DNA of 63,602 nt, filler included, from Reclinomonas americana ATCC 50394 (GCA_048213135.1; 18 parts of 18 records of this genome joined end to end with filler, not necessarily neighbours in it); one strand, 5' to 3'. Positions 1-12,226 are shown, counted from the first letter of the whole stretch. Notes: generated from the letters alone by a model not told the origin. Made by a program: numbers and translations.

Positions 1-65
1 CTCTCTCCACCCCTTCTCTGTCTCTCCATTGCTGCGATTACTCATGATTTCTCACCCCCGTGCAG

Positions 66-3000
66 CTCCGACGCATCGGCACTGTCGTGCTTGTGCTCGA
101 CGGATACGACGAGTGCGGTGAGCCACCCGGCAATCTGTACGTCAACCACGAGCTGGGTGTTGCGTTGCCATTACCAAGGGATGCATCAACACACGCACAC
201 AATGACTCTTACTCGAATCACGCAGTGCCGGCCCAACGTTCTCCTGGTGATGTCGGTGCGGCGCGAGTTCATCAGCCGCATCGGCAACCTGTGGGCAGAG
301 GGGCATTTTGTGCCAGTGGACGCAGATCTATCACGTGCTGCGCGGCTTGAGCAGCCTGAACGGACGCTGGCGCGATGCATGCTGCGCCACTTTTCAAAGG
401 ACGACGTTGATCTCTTCCTGCAAAAGTTGCGAGCATTCCTGCCAATTTCCCCCATTGCACATCCGACTCTTACACTGTCTGCGCAGATATGTGGCGTCGC
501 ATGCGGGACATTCGCGCTCGTGGGAGCAGTACAAGCAGCAGATCAGGCGCACGCCTGGGCTGGATGGACTTGCGTCGTCGGTGAGTCGATGGCGATGGGA
601 AAGGGAAAGGGACACATTAGAAGGCACAAAGAGAGAGTGGCAAGGCAAGCGGGCATTGGGGAACTGACGCGCTAGTAAGGAAATGAGTGCCAAGAGGTTC
701 ACGCAGACAGTTGTAGGACACCCGATGTGAGGTTCCTCCGTCAGCACAGGCCTTGGTGTGTAGATACAACAGAGTGCTTCAGGATGAGTACCGACACGAA
801 TAGGGAAGAGGATCGCCGGGAACACACCAGAATCAGAAGTGCTGGAAATGTTCCAGAGAAGGGCTTGATGCAGAAGTACTGTTGAACAGTGTACCAGATC
901 GGATAGTGAAGAAGTGCGCCGGGCATACACGTGAATCAGAAGTGCTGGACATGTTCCAGAGTAGGGCTTGATGCAAAAGTACAATAGAGTGTACCATGGA
1001 GAGTGAAGTGGAGCGCCGGGTGCCAGAAGGTCAGCGCAGAGACGGCACTCATAATAGCAGGATAAACGAATCAGAAGTGCAGGAAGTACTCCAGAGTTGG
1101 GGCTTTGAAGCAGAAGTACAATGGTGGGCGCATGGTACGGAAAGGTAACAGGAACGTCGGTACGGAGAGTAAGAAACTGTGACAGAAAATGGCTGCTCCA
1201 CACCTGATGCAGCTAAATTCCGCATAGCTTCAGAGGGAAAGAAGAATGAGGAACAGTAACTTTGGTCAACGGGAGAAAGAAAATGTAACAGCTGCCCCCA
1301 CAGAAGACATAACCTGATGCAGGTAGATGCAAATTAGTACCAGAGGATAAGTAGTATAGGTTGTCAACAGCTCATCCTACACGTCGAGTGTGCTGTGCGT
1401 TGTTCTCACTTTCACCGTCGTGCAGCCTCTGATGTTGAACATGATTGTACTGGTAATGGAGGATCTGGAGAGAATCGGACACCACCACGGTAGTGGTGAT
1501 GACACCACACCACGGCTGTCGCGAGTGACCCGTGCACGGTTGTATGAAGCGTTTGCCAAACGCAAACTGCGACTGGAATTCGAACACCACCAAATNNNNN
1601 NNNNNNNNNNNNNNNNNNNNNNNNNNNNNNNNNNNNNNNTTAATTAATTAANNNNNNNNNNNNNNNNNNNNNNNNNNNNNNNNNNNNNNNNNNNNTCATC
1701 TCGTGTGTGCGTGTTTGTCCTGTGTGCCTTGTGCGAATCGCGTCGGCGGTGTGAATCACTCACATCGCTCTATTCTTCATCCACCCCTCCCCTCCTCTCT
1801 CTCTTCTCACTCTTCATCTACGGCTACCACTACACAGATTTCGCGCTCAGACGAAGATTTGATAGTGGGTGAGGAGAGGAGACAGCCAGCTGCACGAGAG
1901 ATAAGAGAGACTGTTGTTTCTGACTGAGACGTATGTGGAAGTGTCTGGCGTCGCTGATGGCGTGAATTTGAGTGGTCAGAGATGTCAGAGAGAGAGATGA
2001 GAAAGAGAAGTGGAAAGTATTTTTTTGGTGCCACTGTCCCTTTTAGTGGGCTGTGTGGCGCACATCACCGTTCTACCCAGACACCCTCGTTCATGCCTCA
2101 CTCTTCTTTCATCTCTTTCCCGACTTTTTGGTGCCACTGTCCCTTTTCATCACCGTTCCGCCCAGACACCCTCATTCGTGCCTCACTTTTCTTGCATCTC
2201 TTTCCCTATTTTTTGGTGCCACTGTCCCTTTTCATCACCGTTCCGCCCAGACACCCTCGTTCGTGCCTCACTCTTCCATCGTCTCTTTCCCTATTTTTTT
2301 GGTGCCACTGTCCCTTTTCATCACCGTCCCACCCAGACACCCTCATTCGTGCCTCACTCTTCTTTCATCTCTTTCCCCCTACGGCAGCGCACTCACCAAT
2401 CCCTCGCGGAGCAAGAACTGTGGAACAAGTGGTTCGATCGCTCTGACCCGTTGCAGAACTCGCTTGTTCGCGCTGTTGCGTTGCGCTGTTGCGTTGTGCT
2501 GTGTGACCCCTCTGTGTGCGTCTTATTTGAGTTTGACGGTTCAGGCATTGTTGAAGTGGAGCCGACTTGGAGTGTCGCAGCAACGTGTCGAGTTCATGCA
2601 CAAATCTGTGCTTGAATACTTTGCCGCGCAGTCGTGGCTGGCGGATGTGCAGATGTTGGCCAATGACGAGGTGGAGTTGGAGGTGAGCAATGGCGTGCGT
2701 CGCACTGCTTGTACCAACTGCACGGTTGTCATGGTGCTTCTGTTTTGTGCAGGATCGAGTCGACCGATTGTGCTACAGTTTCAGTGGACAGCGGGCGCTA
2801 CTCACATCGGATGAAGTGAGCGCCTCTGTATCATCGCCGCGTGTGCTCATCTCAATCACTCACTCCTCCTTTTCCATGATCGCAGGCTCTCAACTCCATC
2901 CTGTCATTCATTGCCGAGCAAGTGCAGTCGGATCCGTCTCTCCACGACGCATTATGGAAGGCCATTGCACTCTCGCGCACAGAGGAGAGAGTCACTGCCG

Positions 3001-3804
3001 TTTCATCGAGTGCGGCGAGTGCGCTGTGCCTCGCAGAGGTGTCGTTCAGTGGACGCGATCTGTCGAGTGTGCGAATCCCAGGTGCGGACTTGAGGGACGC
3101 AGTAATGCATAGGACGGTGTGGCGTGGTGCCGATCTGCGAGGGGTGAATCTGTGCATGGCCTTTGCGAAAGAGGCGGATTTTCGAGGGGCGGATGTGACG
3201 GGTGTGAGGTGGCCGAGGAGGCCGATGGTCGGACACACCGATGACGTGAACGCTGTTGCTTTCACACTCGACGGTCTCCACATTGTGAGTGGCGGCCGAG
3301 ACAAAACATTGCGAGTGTGGTCACTGGCGAGTGGGAAAGAGGTGCAGCGGTTGGAGGGGCACGCTGGCGAGGTGCGCTCCATTGTCATCACTCCCGATGC
3401 GCAGCACATTGTCAGTGCCGGTGACGACAAGACCGTGCGCGTGTGGTCGCTGGCGACTGGACAAGAGGAGCGACGGTTTGAAGGACACACCGATAGAGTG
3501 TTCTCGGTCGCAGTCTCCCCCGATGGTCAGCACCTTGTCAGTGGGAGTAGAGATGCAACGGTGCGAATGTGGTCGTTGGCGAGTGGAGAGGAAGTGCGGC
3601 GGTTGGACGGACACACCGACTACGTGCGGTCCGTCGCCGTTACTCCGGATGGCCAGCACATTGTGAGTGGCAGTGGCGACAAGACTGTGCGTGTGTGGTC
3701 ACTGTCGAGTGGAGAGGAGGTGCGACGGTTGGAAGGACACACGGATGATGTGAGGGCGGTCACGGTCACACCCGACGGCCACTTCATTGTGAGTGGGAGC
3801 AATG
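66..3804 (+). CDS. Partial spliced NLR-like NACHT/STAND NTPase-pentapeptide-WD40 (NWD) protein
   Basis: Phase-consistent GT-AG exons at 66-158, 226-425, 487-580, 1426-1595, gap, then 1838-1864 (tentative), 2388-2474, 2545-2682, 2753-2815 and 2886-3804. Motifs: Walker B VVLVLDGYDE, sensor-1-like LLVMSVR, GLASS/PLMLNM helix, winged-helix EFMHKSVLEYFAA, pentapeptide repeats GADLRDA..GADLRGVNL..EADFRGADV, then WD40 repeats. The 5' end lies outside the window and the 3' part runs into a gap. Confidence 0.88.
830..1119. repeat. Three imperfect ~50-bp direct repeats in the long NWD intron
   Basis: GAATCAGAAGTGCTGGA..TTCCAGAG..GGGCTTGATGCAGAAGTAC-like units at 830-879, 933-982 and 1068-1119. Confidence 0.8.
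2021..2377. repeat. Intronic minisatellite, 4 copies of ~85 bp
   Basis: TTTTGGTGCCACTGTCCCTTTTCATCACCGTTCCGCCCAGACACCCTC.. repeated four times just upstream of the acceptor at 2387. Confidence 0.9.
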
Positions 3805-3905
3805 NNNNNNNNNNNNNNNNNNNNNNNNNNNNNNNNNNNNNNNNNNNNTTAATTAATTAANNNNNNNNNNNNNNNNNNNNNNNNNNNNNNNNNNNNNNNN
3901 NNNNA

Positions 3906-4013
3906 GCTGCGATTTCCAAGGAAGCTTGGTTGACCAGTGGATTTGACGCACTTGCATGGACGCAGCGTTTTCTGCGATCGTACACGGCACATCGAATTGT
4001 CAGCGCAACTTGA
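3906..4013 (+). CDS. Possible C-terminal end of the NWD gene (AAISKEAWLTSGFDALAWTQRFLRSYTAHRIVSAT*)
   Basis: Open frame from the contig edge to TGA at 4011-4013, on the same strand as the NWD gene. Array-type sequence begins right after it. Linkage across the gap is unproven. Confidence 0.35.
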   Translation, partial: AAISKEAWLTSGFDALAWTQRFLRSYTAHRIVSAT

Positions 4014-4580
4014 GCAGAATAGCATGCTCGGCCTTGAGCGTGTGTAGAAGGATGGGATGGATGACTGGGTAAGCAGATCTGCAGCGCACGAAGGGGGAGA
4101 TGGTGGAGAAAGAGAAAGACTTAGCAAGGAACAAAACAGAGAAAGATAGAGTAGCAAGACATGCATTCTTCAGAGACGGAAGGAGAGCATCCGCGGCGCA
4201 CATGCACACACTGAGATTGAGAGTAGTGGCGCCAAGGAGGTGCGCAAAACGAGACGCGAGGGAATAATCATCGGTGACTCGCTCTCCTGAGGCACATACA
4301 TGCGCGACTAATGATGCGCGCAAAACACGAGAATAAAGACCCAACAGACTCCCAAGTGACTCGTCGCACAAGCTGAGGTGACAGACACGCATACAGAAGG
4401 AGACACCCGTCATGACCATTCTCATGATAGGGCAACTAGCACAGAGAACAATTCTTCATCAACGACCTCTCTCTCTTCCTCTGTCGTCCTCTTTTCCCCC
4501 ACCCACTCTCCTTCGCAAGACACGAATTGCAACTCACAATCACCAGCAGCCACCGCCCTCCCTCCCCTCGACTCACCAAC

Positions 4581-5753
4581 TCAGCACCGGAAAAGGACAA
4601 CCTCGGCATCCTCGACGATGAAGCAGCGCAGAACCAGCTCGGGAAGACACCGTGAATCTTCTTCATCCTCCTGCATCTCCTGCACAGCCTGCATGGCCAA
4701 GCGCGCGGCGTCCAGTTCAAGGCGGGCGAGGCCACGCAGCGTGGACCACACTCGTATCGTCCCGTCAATGCCACCCGCACTCACAATGCGTTCATTGTCA
4801 GGAGAGACGGCCACACACGACACCCATTCTGTGTGTCCCTTCAACCGTCGCACCTCCTCGCCACTCTCCAGAGACCACACTCGCACGGTGCTGTCTCCGC
4901 ACCCGCTCACAATATGCTCACTATCAGGGGTGACAGCGACAGACGTCACCGTACTGGCGTGTCCCTTCGGCTGTCGCATTTGCTCTCCACTTGCCAGTGA
5001 CCACACCCGCACCGTGTTGTCCCTACTGCCACTCACGACGTGTTGACCATCTGGAGTAACAGCGACAGACATCACCCAGTCAATGTGTCCCTCCAACCGT
5101 CTCACTTCTTCCCCGCTCGCCAGCAACCACACCCGCACGGTGTTGTCTCCACCCCCACTCACAACGTGCTTACCATCGGGGGTGACGGCGACACAATACA
5201 CCACTCCAGTGCCTCCTTCCAACCGTCGCACCTCCTCCCCACTCACCAGTGACCATACCCGCACTGTGTTGTCATAGCCGCCGCTGACAATGTGCTGCCC
5301 ATCAAGCGAGACGGCGACTGACATCACCGCACTGGCGTGTCCCTCCAGCCGTCGCACTTCTTCTCCACTCGCCAGCGACCACACACGTACGGTACCGTCT
5401 CCACTTCCACTCACTATCTGGTGGCCATCAGGAGTGACGGCGACACAATACACCCATCCAGTGTGTCCATACAGCCGTCGCACTTCTTCTCCGCTCGCCA
5501 GAGACCACACTCGTACTGTCTTGTCCAAGCACCCACCGACAATGTGTCTGCCATCGGAAGTGACTGTGACGGACCTCACTGCAGCGGGACTCTGAATGAT
5601 CTGTGCCAGAGGCTCGCAGTGAGACGCATGCACAGCAGCAACGTTGGAAGACACGCACACATACGACAACCGCACACGATGCACAAGCACATGAATCCAC
5701 ACACGTGCACCAACCAAGCAAAAGTACGCACAAATTCACACCTTTGTTGTCAT
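4581..5753 (-). CDS. Standalone 7-repeat WD40 protein, copy 1 (343 aa)
   Basis: Exon 1 at 5742-5753 (ATGACAACAAAG, MTTK), intron 5601-5741 (GTGTGA..CTCAC..CACAG), exon 2 at 4581-5600. Seven WD repeats plus tail ..LPELVLRCFIVEDAEVVLFRC*. Confidence 0.9.
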
Positions 5754-5781
5754 TCTCCGTGCGTGCGTGCGTGCGTGTGTG

Positions 5782-5878
5782 ATTTGCTCGCTCGGGATTG
5801 TCATCGTTTCCCGCCTTTCTTCCCCCGCCTTGCTCTGAGACGTCGTCCATCCCTCACCAGTCTGCAACCAGCACCCCG
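5782..5878 (-). promoter_or_regulatory. Conserved upstream block of the WD40 genes with E2F-like TTTCCCGC motif (representative copy)
   Basis: GTTTCCCGCCTTTCTTCTCCCGCCTTGCTCTGAGACGTCGTCCATCCCTCGCCAGGCTGCAGCCAG is near-invariant upstream of most copies. TTTCCCGC at 5807-5814 matches the E2F consensus TTTSSCGC. Confidence 0.55.
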
Positions 5879-7755
5879 CACACGATACAGCAGTATGTGG
5901 CTTCTTTGATGCCTGTGGGCTTTCAAAGACCGACATGGGACAGGTCGATGAGAAATCGGCAGAATGGACATGGTGGTGGTGACGACACAAGGTGGCGCTC
6001 CACTGCACTGTGCTGCTGACCAGCGACACTCTCTTTCGACTGACCTGCATTATCTCTCAACGAGGACTGGCATGTCGGATTGCTTGGATACGCAGCTGTG
6101 GCCCTGCACCCGAGAATCCAATGAGCACCGAGTCAGCGACACCTCATCTCCTTGGATCGGCCCACAGCGAGGTTGATGAGGGCACGATGATGGCACAAGG
6201 AACAGGAGACGAGCGACCAGCACAGCAGCTCAGCGGTGGACGAGGCAGCTGCGTCATGAGACACGTCTCCCATCACCCAAGTCACAATCAATGCCTCGCG
6301 CCTTCAATCACACTCACAGTCGGTCGGTTGAATCATCTCACGCAGGTACTGTGAGGCATGGAACCACGTGCACGTGTCTTCGCATGCCAGTGACGAGTCA
6401 CTTGCCAGCACGCCTGTCACACAGAATTGAGACAGTCAATCTCCAAGTCTCATCAACTTACTCCTCAACGCAGATGCAGAACACGTACGCACCAGACCAC
6501 GCGCGCATCTGCAGTCCCCCATGGCCACCACCATCGTCACTCGGCAGAAACAGCAACAGCCAACGTGCGCACATCATCAATCTGCTCCGCCATGCCAGCC
6601 GGGATTGAAACAAGCCACCGACCAGGCCACCCATCGCACAGCACGGCACGCATGCGTACACCCACTCACGCCACGCTCTCCATGGCCTGCACGACCTGCA
6701 GGAATGAAGTGAGTGGGAGGGAAGAAGAAAGAGCGATTAAGACGAACAAGGTCACACGCCTGCATCGTGCATTGGTGGGATTCAGGTGTGGAGCTCGAGC
6801 CGACTGAGTGAGGTGACAGCCGGCAGCGGGCGATGCACAGCACGCCTGCAATCATTACGGAACAACGAGAATGGCCTGCCCCTAAGGTGCCTGCATGTCG
6901 GTACACTGTGAGCAAAGAATGGAGGACGGGGAGAGAAATCTGCTCTGTCTCACTGACAAACACACCGATCAGCACCTGAGACCAACACGCGTTTGTCAAG
7001 AAGCAAGCCAAGGGACGCTCACACAACCATCCTGCAAGAGAGAGTCAGTATGCAGGTATGCCACCTCACACACTTCGGCATCGGGAAGCTCACCATGATG
7101 GACTGGCAGGATAGCAATCGGAACACGGTGAGCAGACCAGCAGCTCGACCTCGAGCGTGTGCGGCAAGGAGGGGTGGATGACTGGGGAAGCAGATAAGCG
7201 CACAAAGGAGGGAGACGGTGGAGAAAGAGAGAGAGAGACTCTACAAGGGACAGAGAAGGAGGACTCGAGAGCGGAAAGACAGGCATTCTTAAGAGCCCGA
7301 AGGAGAATGTCCGTGGCGCACATGCACGATGGGACATACAGAGCAGCGGTGCCAAGGAAGTGCGCAAAACAAGACGCGAGGGAAACAGACAACGGTGACT
7401 CGCTCTCACGAGGCGCATACACGAACGACGGAAGAAGCACGCACAACACAACAAAGCAAGAAAGACACAACAGACATCCAAGCAATCCATCGAGCTTGCA
7501 CACACAAATGGAGGTGAGAAAGGGACACGCCAACAGAGGGAGACATGTTCCACGCCCACCCACTCTCATTCACATGACAGGGGAACAAGCACGTGAGAAC
7601 AATTCATCACCATCCACATCGACTTCTCTCTCCTCCTGTCATCCTCTCTTCCCCCATCATCTGCACCCGCATGATCACCCACTCTCCCTCGCACGACACG
7701 GAAATAACTCACGATCACCAGCAGCCACCGCTCTCCCTCCCTTCGACTCACCACC

Positions 7756-8917
7756 TCAGCACCGGAAAAGGACAACCTCGGCATCCTCGACGATAAAGCA
7801 GCGCAGAACCAGCTCGGGAAGGCATCGTGAATCTACTTCTTCCTCCTGCATCTCCTGCACAGCCAGCATGGCCGAGTGCGCAGCGTCGAGTTCGAAGCGA
7901 GCAAGGCCGCGCGGCGTCGACCACACTCGCACCGTCCTATCTTGGCCATCCGCACTCACAATGTGCTGACCATTGAGAGAGACGGCCACAGACGATACCC
8001 ATCCAGTGTGTCCCTCCAACTGTCGTACTTCCTCCCCGCTCGCCAGAGACCACATCCGAACGGTGCTGTCTCCGCACCCACCAACAATGTGCTGGCCATC
8101 GGGAGTGACGGTGACAGACGACACCCTTCCAGTGTGTCCATCCAGCCGTCGCACTTCCTCCCCACTTGCCAGAGACCACACCCGCATGGTGCGGTCCTCG
8201 CTCCCACTTACGATGTGCTGACCATCAGGTGTGACGGTGACAGACTGCACATATCCAGTGTGTCCCGCCAACCGTCGCACCTCCTCCCCGCTCGCCATCA
8301 ACCACACTCGAACGGTGTTGTCTCCACTCCCGCTCACGATGCGCTGACCGTCGGGGGTGATGGCGATAGAGTACACCCAATTAGTGTGTCCCTGCAGCCG
8401 TCGCACCTCCTTGCCACTCGCCAGCGACCACACCCGAATTGTGTTATCCCTACTACCACTCGCGATGTGATGACCATCAGGGGTAACGACGACAGACAAC
8501 ACCGCATTGGTGTGGCCTTCCAGCCGCAGCACCTCTTCTCCACTCTCCAGCAACCACACACGTAGGGTGTTGTCTCCACCTCCACTCACGATGTGCTGAT
8601 TATCAGGGGTGACGGCGACAGACCACACCCTTCCAGAGTGTCCCTCCAGTCGTCGCACTTCTTCGCCACTCGCCAGTGACCACACTTGAACGGCACTGTC
8701 CACACACCCACCAACAATGTGCTTGCCATCGGGAGTGATGGTGACGGATCGCACTACAGCAGCGCGACTCTGAATGATCTGTGCCGATCACTCGCGGTGA
8801 GGCGCACGCACAACATCAACACAAAGAACAACAACCGCACATATGCACGAGCACACGAATGCACGCACAGACACCAACCACGCAAAAGCGCGCATACATT
8901 CACACCTTGGTTGTCAT
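7756..8917 (-). CDS. WD40 array copy 2
   Basis: Exon 1 at 8906-8917 (MTTK), exon 2 at 7756-8778, 7 WD repeats plus conserved tail. Confidence 0.9.
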
Positions 8918-10967
8918 TCTCCGTGCGTTGTGTGTGTGTGATTTGCTCGCTCGGGATTGTCGCCGTTTCCCGCCTTTTTCTCCCGCCTTGCTCTGCGACG
9001 TCGTCCATCCGTCGCCAGGCTGCAGCCAGTACCCCACACAGCATACAGCAGTATGAGAGCGATGTGGCTTCGTTGATGCGTGTGAGCTTTCGAAGACCGA
9101 CATGGGACTCGTCGATGCTAAGTCGGCAGAATGGACAAGCAGGGTGGTGGTGGTGACACGAGGTGAAGCTCCACTGCACCGTACATGTCCAGCGACACTC
9201 TCTTTCTACTGCCCTGCATTATCTCTCAACGAGGACTGGCATGTCGGTCTGCTTGGATACGCAGTTGTGGCCCTGGTGTGCTGCTGCCACAGCATTAACG
9301 AGAATCTATAACGCACCGAGTCATCGAAACCGCACACCTCCTTTGATCGGCCCACAGCGAAGCTGACGAGGTGCACGTCATGATGGTACGACGAAGAAGG
9401 AGAGTCACAGGGGACAGGAGAGGAGCGACCAGCACAGCAGCTCAGCGATTGAAGAGGCAGCTGCGTCGTGAGGCTCGCCTGCTCTCACCCAAGTCACAAT
9501 CAACGCCTCGCGCCTTCAATCATACTCACAGTCGGTCGGTGAATCGTCTCATGCATGTACTGCGAGGCAAAGAACCACGTGTCTTCGCATGCCAGTCACT
9601 TGCCAGCACGCCTGTGTTCAGATCACACACAGGCGCGCGGAGTCAGCCTGTCTCCAAGTCTCGCCAACTTGCTCCTCAGTGCAGATACAGAACACGCACG
9701 CACCATGAGTTGCTAGCCTGGCACGAGTCTGCAGTCTCCCGTGGCCACCACCAGCATCACTCGGCAGTGACAGCAGCAACCAAGGAGCGCACATCATCGA
9801 TCCGCTCCGACTTGAGGGCCGGGATTGAAAACGATTCACCGACCAGGCCATCCATCGCACATCACGACACACATGTGTACATCCTCCCAGCCACGCTCTC
9901 CATGACGTGCACGGCCTGCATAATTGAGGTGAGTGGGAGGGAAGGAGGAGAGAGAGATCACGAAGAACAGGGCCACACAACTGCTGAGTGCATGGTGGGA
10001 TGCGAGTGGGGAGCCGAGTGAGTGAGGTGACGGTCGACAACGGGCAATGCACATCACGCCTGTCATCGCCACGACATGCTTTCCATGGTCTCTGCATGCC
10101 GGTGTGCTGTGAATAAAGAATGGAGGACAGGGAGAGATATCTGCTCTGTCTCTCTGACAAACACACTGATCAACATCAGATACCAACACGCGTTTGGGCA
10201 AGAGGCAATGCGAGCTCGAGGGACAGTTCAGCACATTCAATCATCCTTCAAGAGAGAGAGAGAGAGAGAGAGAGAGAAGGAGCAGAGTCAGTATGCAGGT
10301 ATGCCACCTCACACACTTCGGCATCGACATGCTCACCATGATGAACTGACAATCGATGGCAGTCGGAACACGGTGAGCAGACCAGCATGTTCGACCTCGA
10401 GTGTGCGGCAAGGAGGGGTGGATGACTGGGGAAGCAGATGAGCGTACAAAGGAAGGAGACGGTGGAGAAAGAGAGATTCAGCAAGGGACAGAAAAGGGAG
10501 GAAAGGGATGACATGCATTCTTCAGAGCCGGAAGGAGAATGTCTACGGCGCACATGCACGATGAGAGGAAGAAAAGTGGCACCAAGAAGGTGAATCAAGA
10601 AGCGATGAAACAATCATCGGTGACTCGCTCTACTGAGGCACATACACGAACGACGGAAGATGCACACACAACAGACATCACAACAAGACGAAAAAGAGCA
10701 AGAGACTACCAAGTGATTCATCGCACTTGCACACAAAATGAAGGTGAGAAAGAGACACGCATCCAGAGAGAGATATCCTTCACGCCCACACTCACATTCA
10801 CATGACAGGGCAACAAGCACGGTGAGCAATACATCATCATCAACAACGACCTCTATCTCCTCCTCTGTCGTCCTCTCTTTCCCCCACCCGCACCCACATG
10901 ATCACCCGCATCCCCGCACAAGGCACGAAAACAACTCACAATCACCTCTCTTCTTCGACTCACCATT

Positions 10968-12226
10968 TCAGCACCGGAAGAGGACGACCTCGGCATCCTC
11001 GACGATGAAACAGCGCAGAACCAGCTCGGGAAGGCATCGTGAATCTACTTCTTCCTCCAGCATCTCCTGCACAGCTCGCATGGCCAAGCGCGCGGCGTCG
11101 AGCTCGAGGCGAGCAAGGCCACGCGGCGTGGACCACACTCGTACCGTCCTGTCGTACCCACCCGTACTCACAATGTGCTGACCGTCAGGAGAGACGACTA
11201 CAGAGACTACCGTACAAGTGTGACCTTCCAGCCGTCGCACTTCCTCGCCACTCGCCAAAGGCCATACCCGCACGGCGCTGTCCTCGCTCCCACTCACGAT
11301 GTGCTGGCCATCGGGGGTGACAGCGACAGACTGCACCGCACCAGTGTGTCCTTCTAGTCGTCGCACTTCTTCTCCACTCGTCAGTGACCACACCCGCACT
11401 GTGTTGTCCCCGCTCCCGCTTACGATGTGCTGTCCATCAGGGGTGACGGCGACTGAAATCACCCAGTCACTGTGTCCTTGCAACCGTCGCATTTCTTCGC
11501 CACTCGCCAGCGACCACATACGCACCGAATAGTCATCGCCCCCGCTCACAATGTGCTCACTATCAGGGGTGACAGCGACTGACCACACCTTATCGGTGTG
11601 TCCCTCCAGCCGTCGCACCTCCTCCCCACTCGCCAGAGACCACACTCGTACTGTGNNNNNNNNNNNNNNNNNNNNNNNNNNNNNNNNNNNNNNNNNNNNT
11701 TAATTAATTAANNNNNNNNNNNNNNNNNNNNNNNNNNNNNNNNNNNNNNNNNNNNTAGTCCCAGCTCCCACTGACCATGTGCTGACCATCGAAGGTGACG
11801 GCAACAGACCACACCTTATCATCATGTCCCTCTAACCGTCGCACCTCCTCCCCACTCACCAACGACCGCACACGCACGGTACAGTCTCCACTCCCACTCA
11901 CTATCTGCTGGCCATTGGGAGTGACGGCGACAGACCACACCGGGCCAGCGTGTCCCTCCAGCCGTCGCACTTCTTCTCCACTCGTCAGTGACCACACCCG
12001 CACTGTGTTGTCCAAGCACCCACCGACAATGTGCTTGCCGTCTGGAGTGACAGCGACGGATCGCACCACTGTCGCGAGACTCTGAATGATCTGTGCCGAC
12101 CATTCGCGGTGAGACGCACATGCACAAACACAAAGAACAACAACCGCACACACGCACGAACACACGAATGCACGCACAGACACCAAACACGCAAAAGTGC
12201 GCATACATTCACACCTTTGTTGTCAT
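10968..12226 (-). CDS. WD40 array copy 3 (interrupted by gap 11656-11755)
   Basis: Exon 1 at 12215-12226 (MTTK), exon 2 starts at 12090, WD repeats on both sides of the gap, tail ends at 10968. Confidence 0.8.

Noticed and set aside
830..1119. CRISPR-like repeat-spacer pattern
   Set aside because: Only three degenerate ~50-bp repeats, with unequal spacers that partly resemble each other. It lies inside a eukaryotic intron and no cas genes are present.
1596..1695. TTAATTAATTAA palindrome recurring throughout the window
   Set aside because: Synthetic six-frame-stop linker inside N padding, not biological.
4581..4600. C-terminal Cys as a prenylation signal
   Set aside because: VLFRC* is not a CaaX, CC or CxC motif, and copy 13 lacks it.
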